Source of the DNA: Paraspadella gotoi
Lineage: Eukaryota; Animalia; Chaetognatha
Length of the DNA stretch: 64,000 bases
Assembly: GCA_051294375.1 (NCBI GenBank)
Contig: CM119267.1
Span: forward strand, 5,631,992 to 5,695,991
Reading direction: 5' to 3'
In this document: piece after piece, positions 27,801-50,631 of the stretch
How positions within the stretch are numbered: the first letter of the stretch is position 1
Layout: the number at the start of each line of letters is the position of its first letter
Program-made: the position numbers and the translations under genes
The notes under the pieces: generated by a model
The model's input: the letters and a program-made list of their open reading frames with translations, nothing else
Database searches by the model: none
Told to the model about the DNA's origin: nothing

Positions 27801-29892
27801 TGTCGCCGAGTCGGCCCCGTCTGCAAAGGGGCGACCCTGTTGGGCGGACCCAACTTGCCCAAGAAGTTTCGGGCGGCGTTGACCGGACCATCGTGGGAGA
27901 CGGAACGCGTGAGGGAGTTTTCTTCGTCGTTGTTTTTGGTTTTCGTTTTCGTCGTCGTCTTTAGTCGCTCTTCGTTCGGTCCATCGTTTTCGTCGTCGTT
28001 TTGTTGTTGTTTGTCGTTCCATTGTTGCTCTTAGTGTGCTTCCTTTCAGTATTTCTTTCCTCAAACTCATTTCTCCTTTCCTTCTCTTCTACTTTCCTTT
28101 CCTCCAACTTTCGTATCTCCTTCCTCGTCCTCTTCCACCTCCTTTTCTAACTTCAACCCTCTAAACCCCTTCTTCCTTCCTCCCTTTCCCCCTCCACCTC
28201 TCTTCTTCCCCCTCCTCCTCCACCCCTTCCCCTTTCCCCTCCTCCTCTTTACCTTCCCCGCCTCCCCTCTCTCTTCCCCCCTTCTCACCCTCCCTATCCC
28301 CCTCCTGGCTCTCTCTTCGCTCCCCCCCGCCACACCCTACCCCCCTCCACCCCCTTTTTTTCCTCTCCCCCCAATCCCCCATCCTTCTCCCCTTTTCTCT
28401 TCCCCTCCCTTCCCTCTTCATCCCGCTCCTCCCCCCTCCACTCTCTCTTCCTTTCCCACCTCCCTTTCCATCTCCCCACTTCCCGCTCCCAGTTGATCAA
28501 AAAAACGCCGGCCGGTGTTCAACCTGACCCACCACGACTGGGCAAGACGGTGACTCACCCCGACCTGGACATCTCTTCGCGAGCTCAAGTTCTTCGTTCG
28601 ACGCGATGGAGATTGGACGAGGATCACGAAATTCTCCGTCAGCGGGAACTAAGGTGGACGGGGGGGCGGCGGCGGGGTGGTCGTGGAGGGAACGCGAACG
28701 AAGATGCTTACCCAAATAAAACGAAGTTTGAAGTTGTTTTCATGGACAACCTAAAATTATATTTTGTTTTGTATATTTACCGAAATGGATAAATTTGAGA
28801 TAAATAGGACGAAACGGGGTTTAAGCAACAAAAAAAATAAATAAAATAACATTAATATACTAAATGAAGGATTAAAGTATTTTTCCAAAACCCAAATTCT
28901 TTAATTTTTTTCCAATTTTTATTTTTACAAATCCCAAAATTTTTAGGCTTTATCCTTTGACAGCGGGCGATTCCAACATTGACGTTTCTCGCGTTGTCAC
29001 TAAATTATTTTCATATTACCCAAAATGTAAAAATAACAATGGTGTGACAGTAAAGGCAGAGGCCGGCCAGCAATGAAGTAATAAAATTAGTAATAATAAT
29101 AATTAATAATAAATAAATAATAAATAATAAAATTTAGTTAATATTAACAGAGTAACAAATTCCGTATATATATGAACTTTTCTCGGGAAACGACCGCGCC
29201 ACTCTGATTCTAAAATGGAGTGGGGTAAAATAGAATTTCAAGCCTATCATCATTGTTTTTCTAAGAACCTTTTTGGCTACTCTACAAAATTTACGCGGAT
29301 TAAGATAATTGGCGTTCGAAAACGTCGTTTTGAAATATCCAGCTTTCAATATGCAAAGTAGATTAAAACGATTTTTTTTCCCCTCCTTTTTAGTTCATCC
29401 TGTTGGGCTTGCAACTTCACCTGCATCGGCCTCGTGTCACCATCCTCACATGTCGAAATCCGATATTGGTGTTTGAAGCAGTCCGTCAGCCGGGCTTCGT
29501 TCGGTGCGTAGGAGGACAACCAAAGGATAAAGGTCAGACGAGGACATTTTCATTTTTTTTATTTTCTTTTTTTAATTATTGTTTTTTTTTTTTTGTTTGT
29601 TTGTTTTTTTCGAGGAAAGACAGACAAATACGTAGTACATATGCAAGTTAAAGGTGTTTAGTGTTAATCTTAGTTGAAACTTGGCTGCGATATACCAACT
29701 GTTAATTATGTATCTTCCAAGAGAGATAGAGGACCACGGGCATAACAAAACGCGGACACATTGTTCAAAGTCGGAGTCAAAAAAACTTTTGCCCCGGGAT
29801 GTTATGATTGCGTTTTCGTAACGGTTTCACCAAAATTCTTTCTCTGTTCCCGACCCCCATCCCGCTCGCATCACCCACATCCTCTCTCTTTT
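22810..29892. other. Second flipped duplicate segment, probable gap-fill artefact
   Basis: ~22920-28559 repeats ~12389-18129 directly, and 28560-29825 is revcomp of 1-1204. ORFs at 17240-18070 and 27670-28500 are identical at an offset of 10430. The segment ends in 25 N. Confidence 0.85.
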
Positions 29893-29917
29893 NNNNNNNN
29901 NNNNNNNNNNNNNNNNN
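29893..29917. other. Assembly gap, 25 N
   Basis: Counted directly. Confidence 0.99.
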
Positions 29918-29950
<33 letters not shown>

Positions 29951-30303
29951 CGGTGATCAAAAATACAAGAAAATCCTTTGTCACTTTTATCGAGTTTCGC
30001 GTTAAGTGGAACTCTCGTTCGTCCTAGTCCGTCGTCGTCGTCATCGTCGTCGTTATCGTCGTTATCGTCGTCGTCAATGTCATCGTTGTCATCGCAGTCT
30101 TCGTTATCATTTTTATCATCGCCAATTCTAATCCGTTGTTGATAATATCTTTGTCATTGTCATCTTCTCCTTTATGCTCATTGTTGTCGATGCATTGTCT
30201 TCGTTATTCAAGTAAAATAATCGTCATCATGATTGAAACCTTTTTTTTTTTGACGAGCTCTTCGTCATCATTGTCATCTTCATAATCGTTTTAATTATCA
30301 TCG

Positions 30304-30334
<31 letters not shown>

Positions 30335-30858
30335 TTTCCTTGTCATGGTCATCGTCATCATCATCATCATCATCATCATCTTCGCGTCGTTCATATCGAG
30401 TCTCCGATTTTTATTGCGATAAAAACGTTGACAGCGAAGTCCTTGAGCAATACGAAGAGGAGGACAACGACGACGATGAGATAACAACGACGACGATCGA
30501 CAACAACAACAACGACGAGGATCGACGACAACTTCTTCCCTATCATTCGGGCGTTTTAAGGGTTTGGAGCGAAGAGGTCCAGCGTTCGATTCCGCATCAT
30601 ATCGCGTTTCGTTTTCGGTTTTTTTTGTCTTCAGTGATGACAAAGAAAACTTGAGGTTATCGACAATATTACTATGAAATTGGAACAACCGATATAAAAA
30701 TTATCCATTCATTTAATAAATAAGTTATTTATATACTATTTTATTATATCATCGGAGGAGTTTTTCCTTAAATGATATTATCTATTGATATATACAAGTA
30801 ATTCGTTGCTGTTCTTTAGGATCTAACAACATGTATCAAAAAATTGCCAGGAACGGCT

Positions 30859-30892
<34 letters not shown>

Positions 30893-30953
30893 AAGTAACT
30901 ATTTAAAGGTTCGTGAATTAAGTCTCACCAAAGGCAAAAAGGGTAACGAAAAA

Positions 30954-36852
<5,899 letters not shown>

Positions 36853-38346
36853 GACATATTGGAGAGTAGGAAAACCTTCTTGGCCTATGAAGTGGAAAAA
36901 GAAAAACAATTTTTTATATTTTGGTTCTAAAGTAGGATTGTTAAATAATCTTTAAATATTAAAATAAGTATTATGTTTATTTTGTTATTTTGTTAGAGGC
37001 ACTTTTAGATAGATTGATCGAGTTAGTAAGTCAAATTTTAATCGATTTTATTTTTTCAGATCAGGTGGACAACTGAAAAACTGGATTTAATTATTTTATT
37101 AATTCTTTCGTTCTGATAGACGTCAAAACTCGATTTAACTAGTATGGCTGAGTTTTCATATCCGCCTTGCCAGTCACCACCGGCTGTTTGTATAAGTCAC
37201 CAGCGGACCCTAACGCTTTGTGGGCAATGTTTGACGGCCAATGGCAGAAACTCTTGACGCCAATAGCTAAGATGCACCCGGTGTAAAGCAAAAAAAAAAA
37301 AAAAAAGAATATAAATAAATATTCTTTTATACAATATGTATACATTTAGTAATCTCAAATTAAGAAATCCAAAAAAGTATGGGTGTTTTAAAAGTGTAAA
37401 AAAATAAAAGAAGCAACATAACTCGAAGGCAGGAATGTGATGAAAACGTGATCAATACCCAAGAGACCTTGTATCGTCACTATTTTCCAAAATAAACATA
37501 TTTTTATTTCTCATCCCTGAACTAAAAGTCTAACTCTAACCTTTTACCCAAACCCTAACCTAATCGCTAATCCTAATTCCAAACCCCTCAACTAAAAACT
37601 AACCTAATTCTAAATTTAAGCTTAAATGAAGCGCTTTTGGAAAATATGTACGGTCCAGGTATGGCAAAAATTCAAGGTCAAAAAAACGTACCCAGGACTT
37701 CATATTTATATTATTATAAAATAATCTATTACATTTAAACTCATTTTCTGTTTTTAAGTTATTCTTTATGTGTCAATTTGAAATCATTAGATTTCTTTCC
37801 TTATTTTCTTCTGCTTCGTTCTTTCGTTTTTAAATTATACCATGCCGGATTTTTTTTTTCATCATAGAATCCTGGATAGGAGAAAAAAAAACCTGACTTG
37901 ATTTCTCTGTCTGTCTGACTCTCTTTTTCATCTCTTTTGATCCTGAGTATAAATTTCCCAAAAACCTGAATTCAACTTTCATTCTCTCTCTTTTCTTTTT
38001 CTCTCTTTCTCGTTTAATCATTAAAAATGTATCATTTTTCTTTTGCTAATTGAGACGACCCGGATTTCGCCATTTCTCTCGTGGAACTGGTTTCATTTTA
38101 CGTCAGTTTTCGAAATTAATTCTCGATCGATGAAAGTAGTGGCTAGTGAGGCGCCGAACTAACCTATAAAAACCACTCGCCTTTCGTCGCGGTCATTTGT
38201 TCAAAGGGACGATCTCTTTCTCCGTCTATAGAGAATCACTTTGATTCTCTAATTTTATTTTGCCGTCGAATTTTAATTCGAGATTTTTGAAATACCGAAA
38301 CCATGAAGATTCTTCATTGAAGAATCCACGAATAATTCGAGTTCGT

Positions 38347-41009
<2,663 letters not shown>

Positions 41010-41681
41010 CCTCGTTTTCTTTATAGGGAGGGGGGAGTGAATGGGTCGATTTTTTTCATACTCACTCCTACATTTTGTTCTAATTGTTGTTGTATTTATT
41101 TGTATTTGTATTTGTAGATAGAACATTCGTTTTTACGTGTATGTGTTTCCTAGGTAAAATTGCTGGTTTATTGAATCCCTGCAGGTTATTTAGTTACTGC
41201 TTACTCATTTTCTTTTACTTGTGATAAGTATGATACTCGTGATCTGATAATCGATATTAACACTGAAATTATTCGTTTTGACTGTCGCCATTACTTTGAA
41301 CCTTAGCAAACCAATTGAACCATGTCCGAAACGAAATTACTTTTAAATTTAAAATATGTTTAGTTTTTGTAAACGCCATTAACAGAAGATTTTATTGAAA
41401 CAAATCAAGTAAAAGTTAAAAGATTTGAAAAAAAAACTCAAGAAATTCACGGATATGAAACCGGATTCGATCGGACGATATTAATCGAGGAAAGCTAAAA
41501 ACCCGAAAAACTTGAAAGCGAAGAATAAAATGTCAATCATAAAACGACAAAAATTAAATCCTAAAATTTAAATTAAATCCAAATTAAATCCTAACATAAT
41601 TAATAGCAATGGTTTCAAAGCCACGGGGTGAATGGACGTAATGATACTGATAAGCTATCGAAAAAAAGGCCGGTTACTGAC

Positions 41682-41739
<58 letters not shown>

Positions 41740-43061
41740 TGCTCATACAGCATTATTATTATAACTATTATGCAATATAATATCTTACCTAATTTTTTTT
41801 CCCAAACAACATAGTAGCTAATATAACAAGGCTAGGTTTTTCAATGTGTGAGTGTATGGTGCCCTCAGAGGGTTTATTTTTTCGTTAATTACCCTGTAGT
41901 ACCGCGAAAACATCTGCCTTCTGATGTTACAAACACTATCCTTTAGCAACACCTCTAACATTTTCATCGCTTCGCCTTTCTTCTGCAACAGTGAACTGAG
42001 AACGTCTTTGAGAAAACAGTAGCAGGACTTCCAATGAAGGAACCCAAATTGACTGGGCTTCTTAATTTTCGATTCGTAAAAACAAAATTACTTTCCAACT
42101 CTTTATTGCACTTTTCTTATTTATTTCTTCCTTTTTTTGTCTGAGAAAATAGATTTTAAAAAATATAAAAAAGAAACGGCAAAAAAGAAAGGTGAGAAAA
42201 TTTCATCAAATTCAACTTTTTTGTTACCCTCCATTTTTTTTCCGCCAGTTCACTACTGATCGTCTAATAATTTGAAAAACATTAAGTGCCGAAAAGTTCT
42301 CTGCCCGTTTTTTTTTTCCTCTTAATTTTTTTTTTTCTGCGCCTCGTCTCGTTTCTCATTTTATACCGAGAAGACAAAAGAGCAGCTGGCGTCGCGAAAA
42401 GCCGCTTGATGTCGGGACGAGCGGAGAAAATTCCCGCCACGCCTCGACTCCACCTGTCGCCTTTTGTCGACGCATTAGAATCGCGACTTTTTTTTTTGGA
42501 GGACGGGGGGGGGCGCGCATCTTTCTGTCTCGTCTAATTGTTCGCTCGTCTGTTGCTTTCGTGTTTTTTTTTCTTGTTCTTTTTGGGATTTTTTATACAT
42601 ATGTTCTTCTTTCTAATATTTTAGATTCTTTCGTTCTTTCATTTTTTTTTCTTTCATTCATTCTTTCTCTCTTTTCTATATTTCTTTCTTTTTTTCTTCC
42701 TTTTCTCATTTTTTTCTCTCTCGTATTCTATCATTCATTCATTCATTCATTCATTCATTCATTCATTCATTCATTCATTCATTCATCAAAAAACGCACAG
42801 TTGAAACAGGACGTAAGCCGGACGAACACTGAATCTGTCAGAAAAACTGGTATTGATTGTTTTTCTTGAGAGACCAATGCATAAAAATCCAGGGACGTGA
42901 AGGGAGAAAGGAAAAGAGGATGAGGAGGAGGAGCAGGAGGAGGAGGAGGAGGAGGAAGAGAGAAAAGGTTGAACACATTCTCCGCCAAATATTGACTTCT
43001 GACCTTCGACAATGCGGCACCCGGCCACACTTCCTCCATTATTGGAGCCATCCTGACCTTA

Positions 43062-43144
<83 letters not shown>

Positions 43145-43377
43145 CTTCTTCGCGTCTCATCGCCACTCTCATCATCTCTCGCCTATCTGTTTCCTATCTG
43201 TTCGTTACCTCACTCTCTCCTCTCTCATTTCTCGCAAGATTAGGCGAGAGAGTGAAAAGTCGAAAAATCGAGCGAAAAACTTTTTTTTTTCATTTCTCGA
43301 GGTAAAAGAGAAAAAATACAACGAAATGACAATAAAGGGGAGAGAGAGGAGAAAAGAGGAGGAGAGAGAGAAGAGAG

Positions 43378-43409
<32 letters not shown>

Positions 43410-43556
43410 AAGAGAGAGGAGAGAGAGAGAGTAGAAGGAGAGAAATTGAAAGTCGACGCGGCGAGCGAGAAAAACGCTGAACTTTGACAAGAGAGAGAAA
43501 CGGTGTGTGCGGAATGAAATAAGTCGGAAATCGGTAGAGGTGAAGAGAGAGAGAGA

Positions 43557-43631
<75 letters not shown>

Positions 43632-44369
43632 GCGACAGCCAACTCCCGACCGCTCGACCTCTGCTAAATTGCAAGGTTGAATTTCGAAGATGGGTGCAAA
43701 AAACAAATTGCCAACAGAGTATAGAGAGGGCGAACTCGATTGGGTGGGATTACTCTGGGGTGAGAAAGGGTGGGGTTAAAAAGGGTAGGTTGAGGAAAGG
43801 TAAGGTGAGAGAGATGAATGAGATTAAAAGATGATAAAAGTATTTATATTCGATTGGGTTCGCGTAAAAGAGATCGTAATATTTTGAACTGCCCGGATAT
43901 TGTTAATATATTAATCTAAATTATGCTGAAATAGTAAAATTGAGTTATGAGCTTACAAGAGTATGAAATTTATACAAACAATATAAAATGTATCATTCAT
44001 TCATTAAACAAGCTATCATGCCTCATACTTTGGACAGGCAAAGGTGATTTAAGGCCTGTATCTTTCTTTCGAGATAATAACTAATAACATATATACTTTA
44101 TTGTAATACTCAGAAGCTGACTGTCATGAAATTGGTGATACTAATATAAAAATTCCTTCATTCATTAAACAAGCTAACTTGCCCCTGACTAATTTGAAAT
44201 CTTTGCCAACAACCAAGTTAGCAACAAAGGGTTAAGGCAAAATCGATTCTGTGAGGCTCAAGGTTGACGCTAAACTTGGGGATGGTTGAGCTTTAAAGCC
44301 AGAGAAAGCATCGGGTAAGGCTCACGACGGCAACACAAAATTGGGAAATGTTTCGTAAGTGGATGGATC

Positions 44370-46050
44370 GGCTTCGCGGCGACTAGAGAATATCTCCAAG
44401 GAGCGATATGCGGAGATAAAGTTGTGAGTCGAATGGACCCCAGTTTATTCTTTCCCTTCAAGGATACAGAATTTTAGGTTCCATTCTTTTATTTAAAAGG
44501 TCGAATCGTGGAAGGGAAAGGGATAACGTACCACTTTCTGGATTTTGGGAATTTTTTTCTGGGTCTGTACATTGTTCATTGTTCGAAGACCGAAACTGGT
44601 AAGCTGGGTTTCAGAAACAGGTTACTGTTACTGTGTCATAAATTGTAATATTTAATGGTCTGATGTTTAATGTTTAATGTTTAATGAAATTCAATTATTA
44701 AACTACCTTACTGAAGAATTGATAGAATGGTTAAATTCAACTTATTTAAATACTAAATCTAAAAAAAATATAAATAAATATATTGGATTTATTCTTTCGC
44801 AAGGCGAGTACCCTTAGTCTGGGATTCGAGGTCTCGTTGTCCCCCGGGCACCAACAACGAACCTTCCAAATTTCCATTTATTCTGGAGCGAAGGTGAAAC
44901 ATTTAAGAGGGAGAAATCCGTCATCGCCGTTTGGAACCGTGAGGGGGCGGGGGCGGGGAGGCAGGGGTGGAAATGGAAAAGGGATGTGGAAAATAGAGTA
45001 GCGGGTAAGTTGAACTAGAAACCTGGACGGGAATAGCGTTGGATGGACGTTTGATATCGCACGAGGACAGAAATTGTATTCGGTAAAATTACGAGAGGGA
45101 GAAGGAAAAGAAGAAAAGTGAAACCAAAACATTTGGAGGACAATTTTAAACGTCGGGAAGTTTGATGTCGCAAAAACCTAAACTTGGCAATTCGCGAAAG
45201 TATAGCTGGTACGAAATGTTACAATTCGCCATTCGCGGAAATAAAAGCAAAGTAATTATGATGTGTACCAATTTCATAAAATTCAGCTCCTTGTATTTTG
45301 ATGCTGGGCGGAGTACAATATAGTATTACCCGATCTAATACTTAAGGAAGTTGTCTTATCACACAATTGAAACATTCTTTGAAAAATTATAGGGAAGCCA
45401 GGTACTCAGGGAGTGAATAAATGAGACTGTGAGAGAGTCTTGATTGAAAGCTTGCAGGGACCTGCTATGTCAGGGGCAAGATAGCTTATTTATTAAACGA
45501 ATGGATAATTTATATATTGATTGTGCCAAATTCATAAAGAAAAAGAAGGGAATCGGAAATGAAAAACAAAAAAAGAGAAAAAGAAAGAAAATCCATTTGA
45601 AGAAAAAAGAAAATATGAACCCATCGTTTCTAGATTCGCCTGAAGTCAAAAACTCAGGCGGAAAAATTTCGCGCGAAATATAAACAGTGAAGGAATTAAT
45701 TCATATTAATGGAAAAGAGGAAGAATTAGTATAAAAGGTTAATGATTACTATAATATGGTAATAATGGCGAGTAAAACCAGAGAATCAGAGCAAAAAAAA
45801 GGGTGAATATCAAAAATATAAAATTTTGATATTATGTATGTAAATTGATAAATATTTAATTCTTATTGAAATGGCTTTACGCAGGAAAAAAAAAACGCAC
45901 TTGAACGAAAACCAAATAAATTTACTCGGCCTTTATTCTCATCTCGTAAATATTCTTTTAAAGTCTAATAAACTGAAAATAACTCGGGCATATGAGCTTG
46001 TCCAGGCGTTACTTTTTCTTTCTCTTCGACTCTCTCTCTCTTCCCTCTCT

Positions 46051-46125
<75 letters not shown>

Positions 46126-46546
46126 ACATGAAATCACCGCGTTTTTTCTCTCTCTCTCTCTCTCTCCCTTTGCTTGAATTTATGTTCCGCAAGAGGAGAT
46201 TTTCCTTTGTTTCTCCTATGGTTTGCTTCACCTCTGGTTCTTCAACAATGGGAACGATAATGATGAATGTCTTTCTTACAAAGCGGAAACTAATTAAGGT
46301 AAAGGAAGGAAGAAAATTCCGCTCTTATTATCTATGGGGGGCCCCCCCTTTCTTCTCTCCCGTTTTCTTCTCTCTCCGTCTCGCTCTCTCTCTTTCTTTC
46401 TATCGCCATAGGGTGCTATCGCTGGTTTCTTTCTCCGTCTCTCTCTCTCTCTCGCTGTCTCTCTTTCTCTCTTTCCCTCTCTTTTTATCTCTTTCTTTCT
46501 CTTTCACTTTTTCACATTATCTCTTTCTCTTTCTCTTTTTTCACTC

Positions 46547-46627
<81 letters not shown>

Positions 46628-46777
46628 TTCTCTCTCTCTGTCTCTCCCACTCTCTCTCTCTCTCTTTCTATCTCACCTTCTATCTATCACTCTATCTCTA
46701 TCTCTCTCCTTTTCTTTTCCTGACTACCTCTTGTCTTTAATAGACCATATCGATATGATAAACCAAGAACAAGAACG
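44370..46777 (+). CDS. Possible multi-exon gene of unknown product
   Basis: AG/GT-bounded islands of high-complexity sequence: 44500-44598 (open, phase 1-1, GRIVEGKGITYHFLDFGNFFLGLYIVHCSKTETG), 44804-44938 (135 nt, needs indels), plus ~44370-44423, ~46194-46298 and ~46744-46777. I could not assemble a clean reading frame. Confidence 0.35.
45335..45515 (+). mobile_element. Deleted copy of the intron-5 MITE-like repeat arm
   Basis: Matches 32806-32940 and revcomp of ~33320-33540, with internal deletions. Confidence 0.7.
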
Positions 46778-46899
46778 GTAAGTCCAATGTGTTGCGCCGC
46801 AGTGACTGCCTTCTCACGTGTATTTCTCGTAACAAGACATGACGTGGCATGACATGACATGACGTTACACGACATGATTACAATAACTTTCTTAGCCCA

Positions 46900-47080
46900 T
46901 ATATTTATGACACGCACTGCATCGGAATTCCGTCCTTTATTCTTTAGTTTTAGGATTTCATGAAGTCGGCTCGAGCGGCCCCTTAGATCTGAGGTTTTTT
47001 CCTTTCTTAACATGAGCATTATGACCGAAAGACCGAGAGACCGACCGAAAAGTGACTTATAAAGTTGCTCCGCGAGTACT
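46900..47080 (-). mobile_element. Second copy of the (GGTC)n-containing dispersed repeat
   Basis: Reverse-complement similarity to 32070-32315. Confidence 0.55.
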
Positions 47081-47355
47081 CGAGGCGCAACTAAAACCTC
47101 GACTCAACGACTCTGTTACATGATCCATCTTAGTTTATGTTGATGTCTTCTTTTTCGTTCTCTTCGTCCTCTTCGACGTCTTCCTCTTCTTAATCGTCGT
47201 CGTCGTCGTCTTCTTCATATTTTTCCTCCTCCTCCTCCTCCTCATCCTCTTCTATCTCCCCCTCGAAAATTCAATTTCCTTTCGTTATCTAATCCATAAA
47301 CTGAAATTCAAAAAGGAGGTAAACATCCCATTTGATAAATGATAAATTTTGGCAA

Positions 47356-47452
47356 ACCAGCTCCCGCCCTGCTCCCACAGAGCGCCCACCCCGCCACTCT
47401 ACCAGCTTCCGCCCTGCTCCCACTGAGCGCCCACCCTGCCACTCTTCCAGTT
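47356..47452 (+). repeat. 45-bp tandem duplication
   Basis: CCAGCT(C/T)CCGCCCTGCTCCCAC(A/T)GAGCGCCCACCC(C/T)GCCACTCT occurs twice. Confidence 0.85.
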
Positions 47453-48078
47453 CCTATCTCCATCTCTCATCGCCCACGGCCATGGAAGCATCGCCAAGCA
47501 CCGCCAAGCACCTCCAAGCAACCCAACCGAACCTGATCCCTCGCTCCTGATCAAGCAAGTTTTGTCAGTTTTGTTTTTGTCAGTTAAATCAGTTGCTGGG
47601 GGAAAAAAAGGGGGTAAGGCGGGGAATATCCCATGCTCGATCCGGGCCGTGTTATCGCCCCTGGGGCGAAATCTTAAATTGATTAAAATTGATTTGGACA
47701 AGAAATAGAAGATAAGTCTATTTAACGCGGATAATTTTTAACCATTTTTACAAGATGAAATTAATAATTAATAATAATAATTAATAATAATAATTAATTA
47801 GTAATTAATAATAATAATAGTAATAATAATAATAATTAATAATTAATTAATTAATAAAATTAATTGCTTGATTAGTATTTAAAAAATATTTTTGGAAATA
47901 AAAAGAGAGTTCGATTTCAACCTATTATAATAGTAACTCAGACTAAACTCTCTTTTTCTCTTCCTCTCTTTCCATATCTCTCTTTCTCCCTCTTTTCCTT
48001 GGCCTCCTTGTATTTCCCTCTTAAAAAAGGAAAAAAGGGGCGGTATTCCGGGATTTTTCCTTGACTCTCACTCTCACT

Positions 48079-48159
<81 letters not shown>

Positions 48160-48780
48160 TGCCAGTTTTAGACTTAGTTTATGTTCTCTCTCTATCTCGC
48201 TCTTTGTCTCTTTATCTCTCTATCTTTCTCTCTTTTTCTCTCTTTTTCTCTCTCTCTCTATCTTTCCTTTCTTTTGCGTACCTTTTGTTCGAGCCGATTC
48301 AAATTAGATTTTACTCGTTTAACGAGCGCCGAATTCGCCTCATGCGCCACCACAAGTATTTTTCCCTTTTTTTTTTTTTTTTGTTCTTTTCTTTTTTCCT
48401 CCATTTTCTCCATTTTCCTCCCTTTTGCTTCCTATTTTTATCTTTTTCCAGTTTTCATTTTCCACTTTTCTTTCTTTTCCTCTCTCGGCTTCCAGTTCCA
48501 TTTTTTTCTCTTTAACTTTTACTTCGATTCCTTCCATTTTCCCCATTGCCTTTCTTCCTTCTCTCCCTGTTGCGATTGTCGGGAACCAACTCAACCAAAT
48601 AAACATTTGTGATTTTAAATAAAGATTTATTGATTATTCATTCATTCATTCGTCATAGGTTTACCCCCTTACCTTTTCTTTTCTTTTCCCCTTTCCTTTA
48701 TTCCTTTACTTTCCTTTTTTTTCATGTATCGTCCTGATTCCTTCAGCTATTTTCCTTTTTTTCCCCTTTACATTCTCTCG

Positions 48781-48816
<36 letters not shown>

Positions 48817-49363
48817 TCTCTCTCCTCTCTACCGCTAACCGCTTTTTACTTTCTTCAAACGATTCTCCTTTCCTCTGCTTCCATCGGGGAATATAGGCGC
48901 ATTCCTCCGTCCCTCGGCTCATCGCTCTTTTGGGGCGGTCTCTTATCTCTCTCTCTCTCTCCTCCTCCTTTCTCCTCTCTTCCTTCTCTCTCTCGTCTCT
49001 CTATCCTCTTCTCACTCTCTCTGGCGGGCCAATCGCTGCCCGCCTCTATGATCACCCAGGAGAGACGGTTGACTGGGCCCAGACCTCAAATATTCCCTGC
49101 CTTAATTTTAAACCCTGAAAAAAACAATTCTGGCTTAAATAGGAATTTTAGAAAAAATTATTAAAATAAATTAATCAAAAAAGTACATTTTTTCTCTCTT
49201 CGTTGCTATTTTTCTTTTTAAAGTTGTTCTCTATTTTCTCCCATCGTCCATGGGCGTTGACCGCTCTTATCGTTTTTCGTTATTGCAGTGATTGCAGTGA
49301 TTCTATATCGTTGACTTTGTCATTGTTTAATTTTGAGGTTTTTTTAGTCGATCTCTCCTCGTT

Positions 49364-49442
<79 letters not shown>

Positions 49443-50183
49443 ACTATTTATCTATCTTCTTTTATCTATCGATCTCTCGTTCTTTGCTTTCTTTTTTCCA
49501 GTGTTCACTCCTGGACTTGCTCCGTTTATGTATCCATTTCGGTAATTGCTCAGTTGTCCGCTTCCATTCTTTATTCATTGTTGGCTTCGGTGTCCACTTT
49601 CGAACTTACTTAATTGTCAGCTTCCATACTTGTCTTGTGGTCCGTTTCCATAATCGTTCCCTATGTCCGTTCGTCCATCTTCTTTTTTCCCCCAGTCAAC
49701 TCAGAATTCCCGTGTCTCATCTCGAAAGAGATTTCCCCCACTTTTCTTTTAAACTCCGAGAAAATTGGAAAATCGTTCCTCGTGAAATCTCGATGACCTT
49801 TTGTTTGGAATATAAAAAAAAAGCGGGGCTAAAATTAGCTGCGGCGCGCCATCTTTCGGCGGGGCACTCAGACGGTAAATACTAAATACACGCAAAATAA
49901 TAGCATGCGTTGGGATAAATTTATATAAATTAAGCCAAGAAAATTTAACGTGATCTTTCGTTCTTTATTATAATCTACCTTTCTCCCCCCCCGCCCTCTC
50001 TCGGGAAATTAAACCAGGACCTTTTTTTTTCTCAGTTTGATCCTTGAAAAGATGGCATAAGGGGCGCTGCCGTCGCTCCCCGCGGATTCAACCTCACGCC
50101 TCCATTTTCTTCCCGATGCGGGACTTTGGACGCCTTTGAACTTCCGGCCCTCTGGAGTCTGGACCCCAAAACGCCGATGGAGA

Positions 50184-50190
50184 CGACGAC

Positions 50191-50224
<34 letters not shown>

Positions 50225-50534
50225 ATGATGATTTATGATGATTTGATGATGATGATAATGATGATGATGATGATGATGAATCGATGACGATGATGATGAT
50301 GATGATGATGATGATGAATGATGAGATTATGATGATGATGATGATGTATGATGTGATAATGATGATGATGATGATGAATCGATGACGATGATGATTGAGA
50401 TGATGATGATAATGATGATGATGATGATGAATCACGATGATCGATGATGATGATGATGATTGATTATGATGATGATGATGATGATGATAATGATGATGAT
50501 GATGATGAATCGTATGAGATGATGATGATGATGA

Positions 50535-50573
<39 letters not shown>

Positions 50574-50596
50574 ATCGATGAATCGATGACGATGAC

Positions 50597-50630
<34 letters not shown>
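50184..50630 (+). repeat. (GAT)n microsatellite
   Basis: ~450 bp of near-perfect GAT repeat. Confidence 0.97.

Positions 50631-50631
<1 letters not shown>

Noticed and set aside
37530-37620. Telomere-like CCCTAA/TAACC tracts (also ~4180-4270, 13410-13500, 21910-22030)
   Set aside because: Short and highly degenerate; not a telomeric array.
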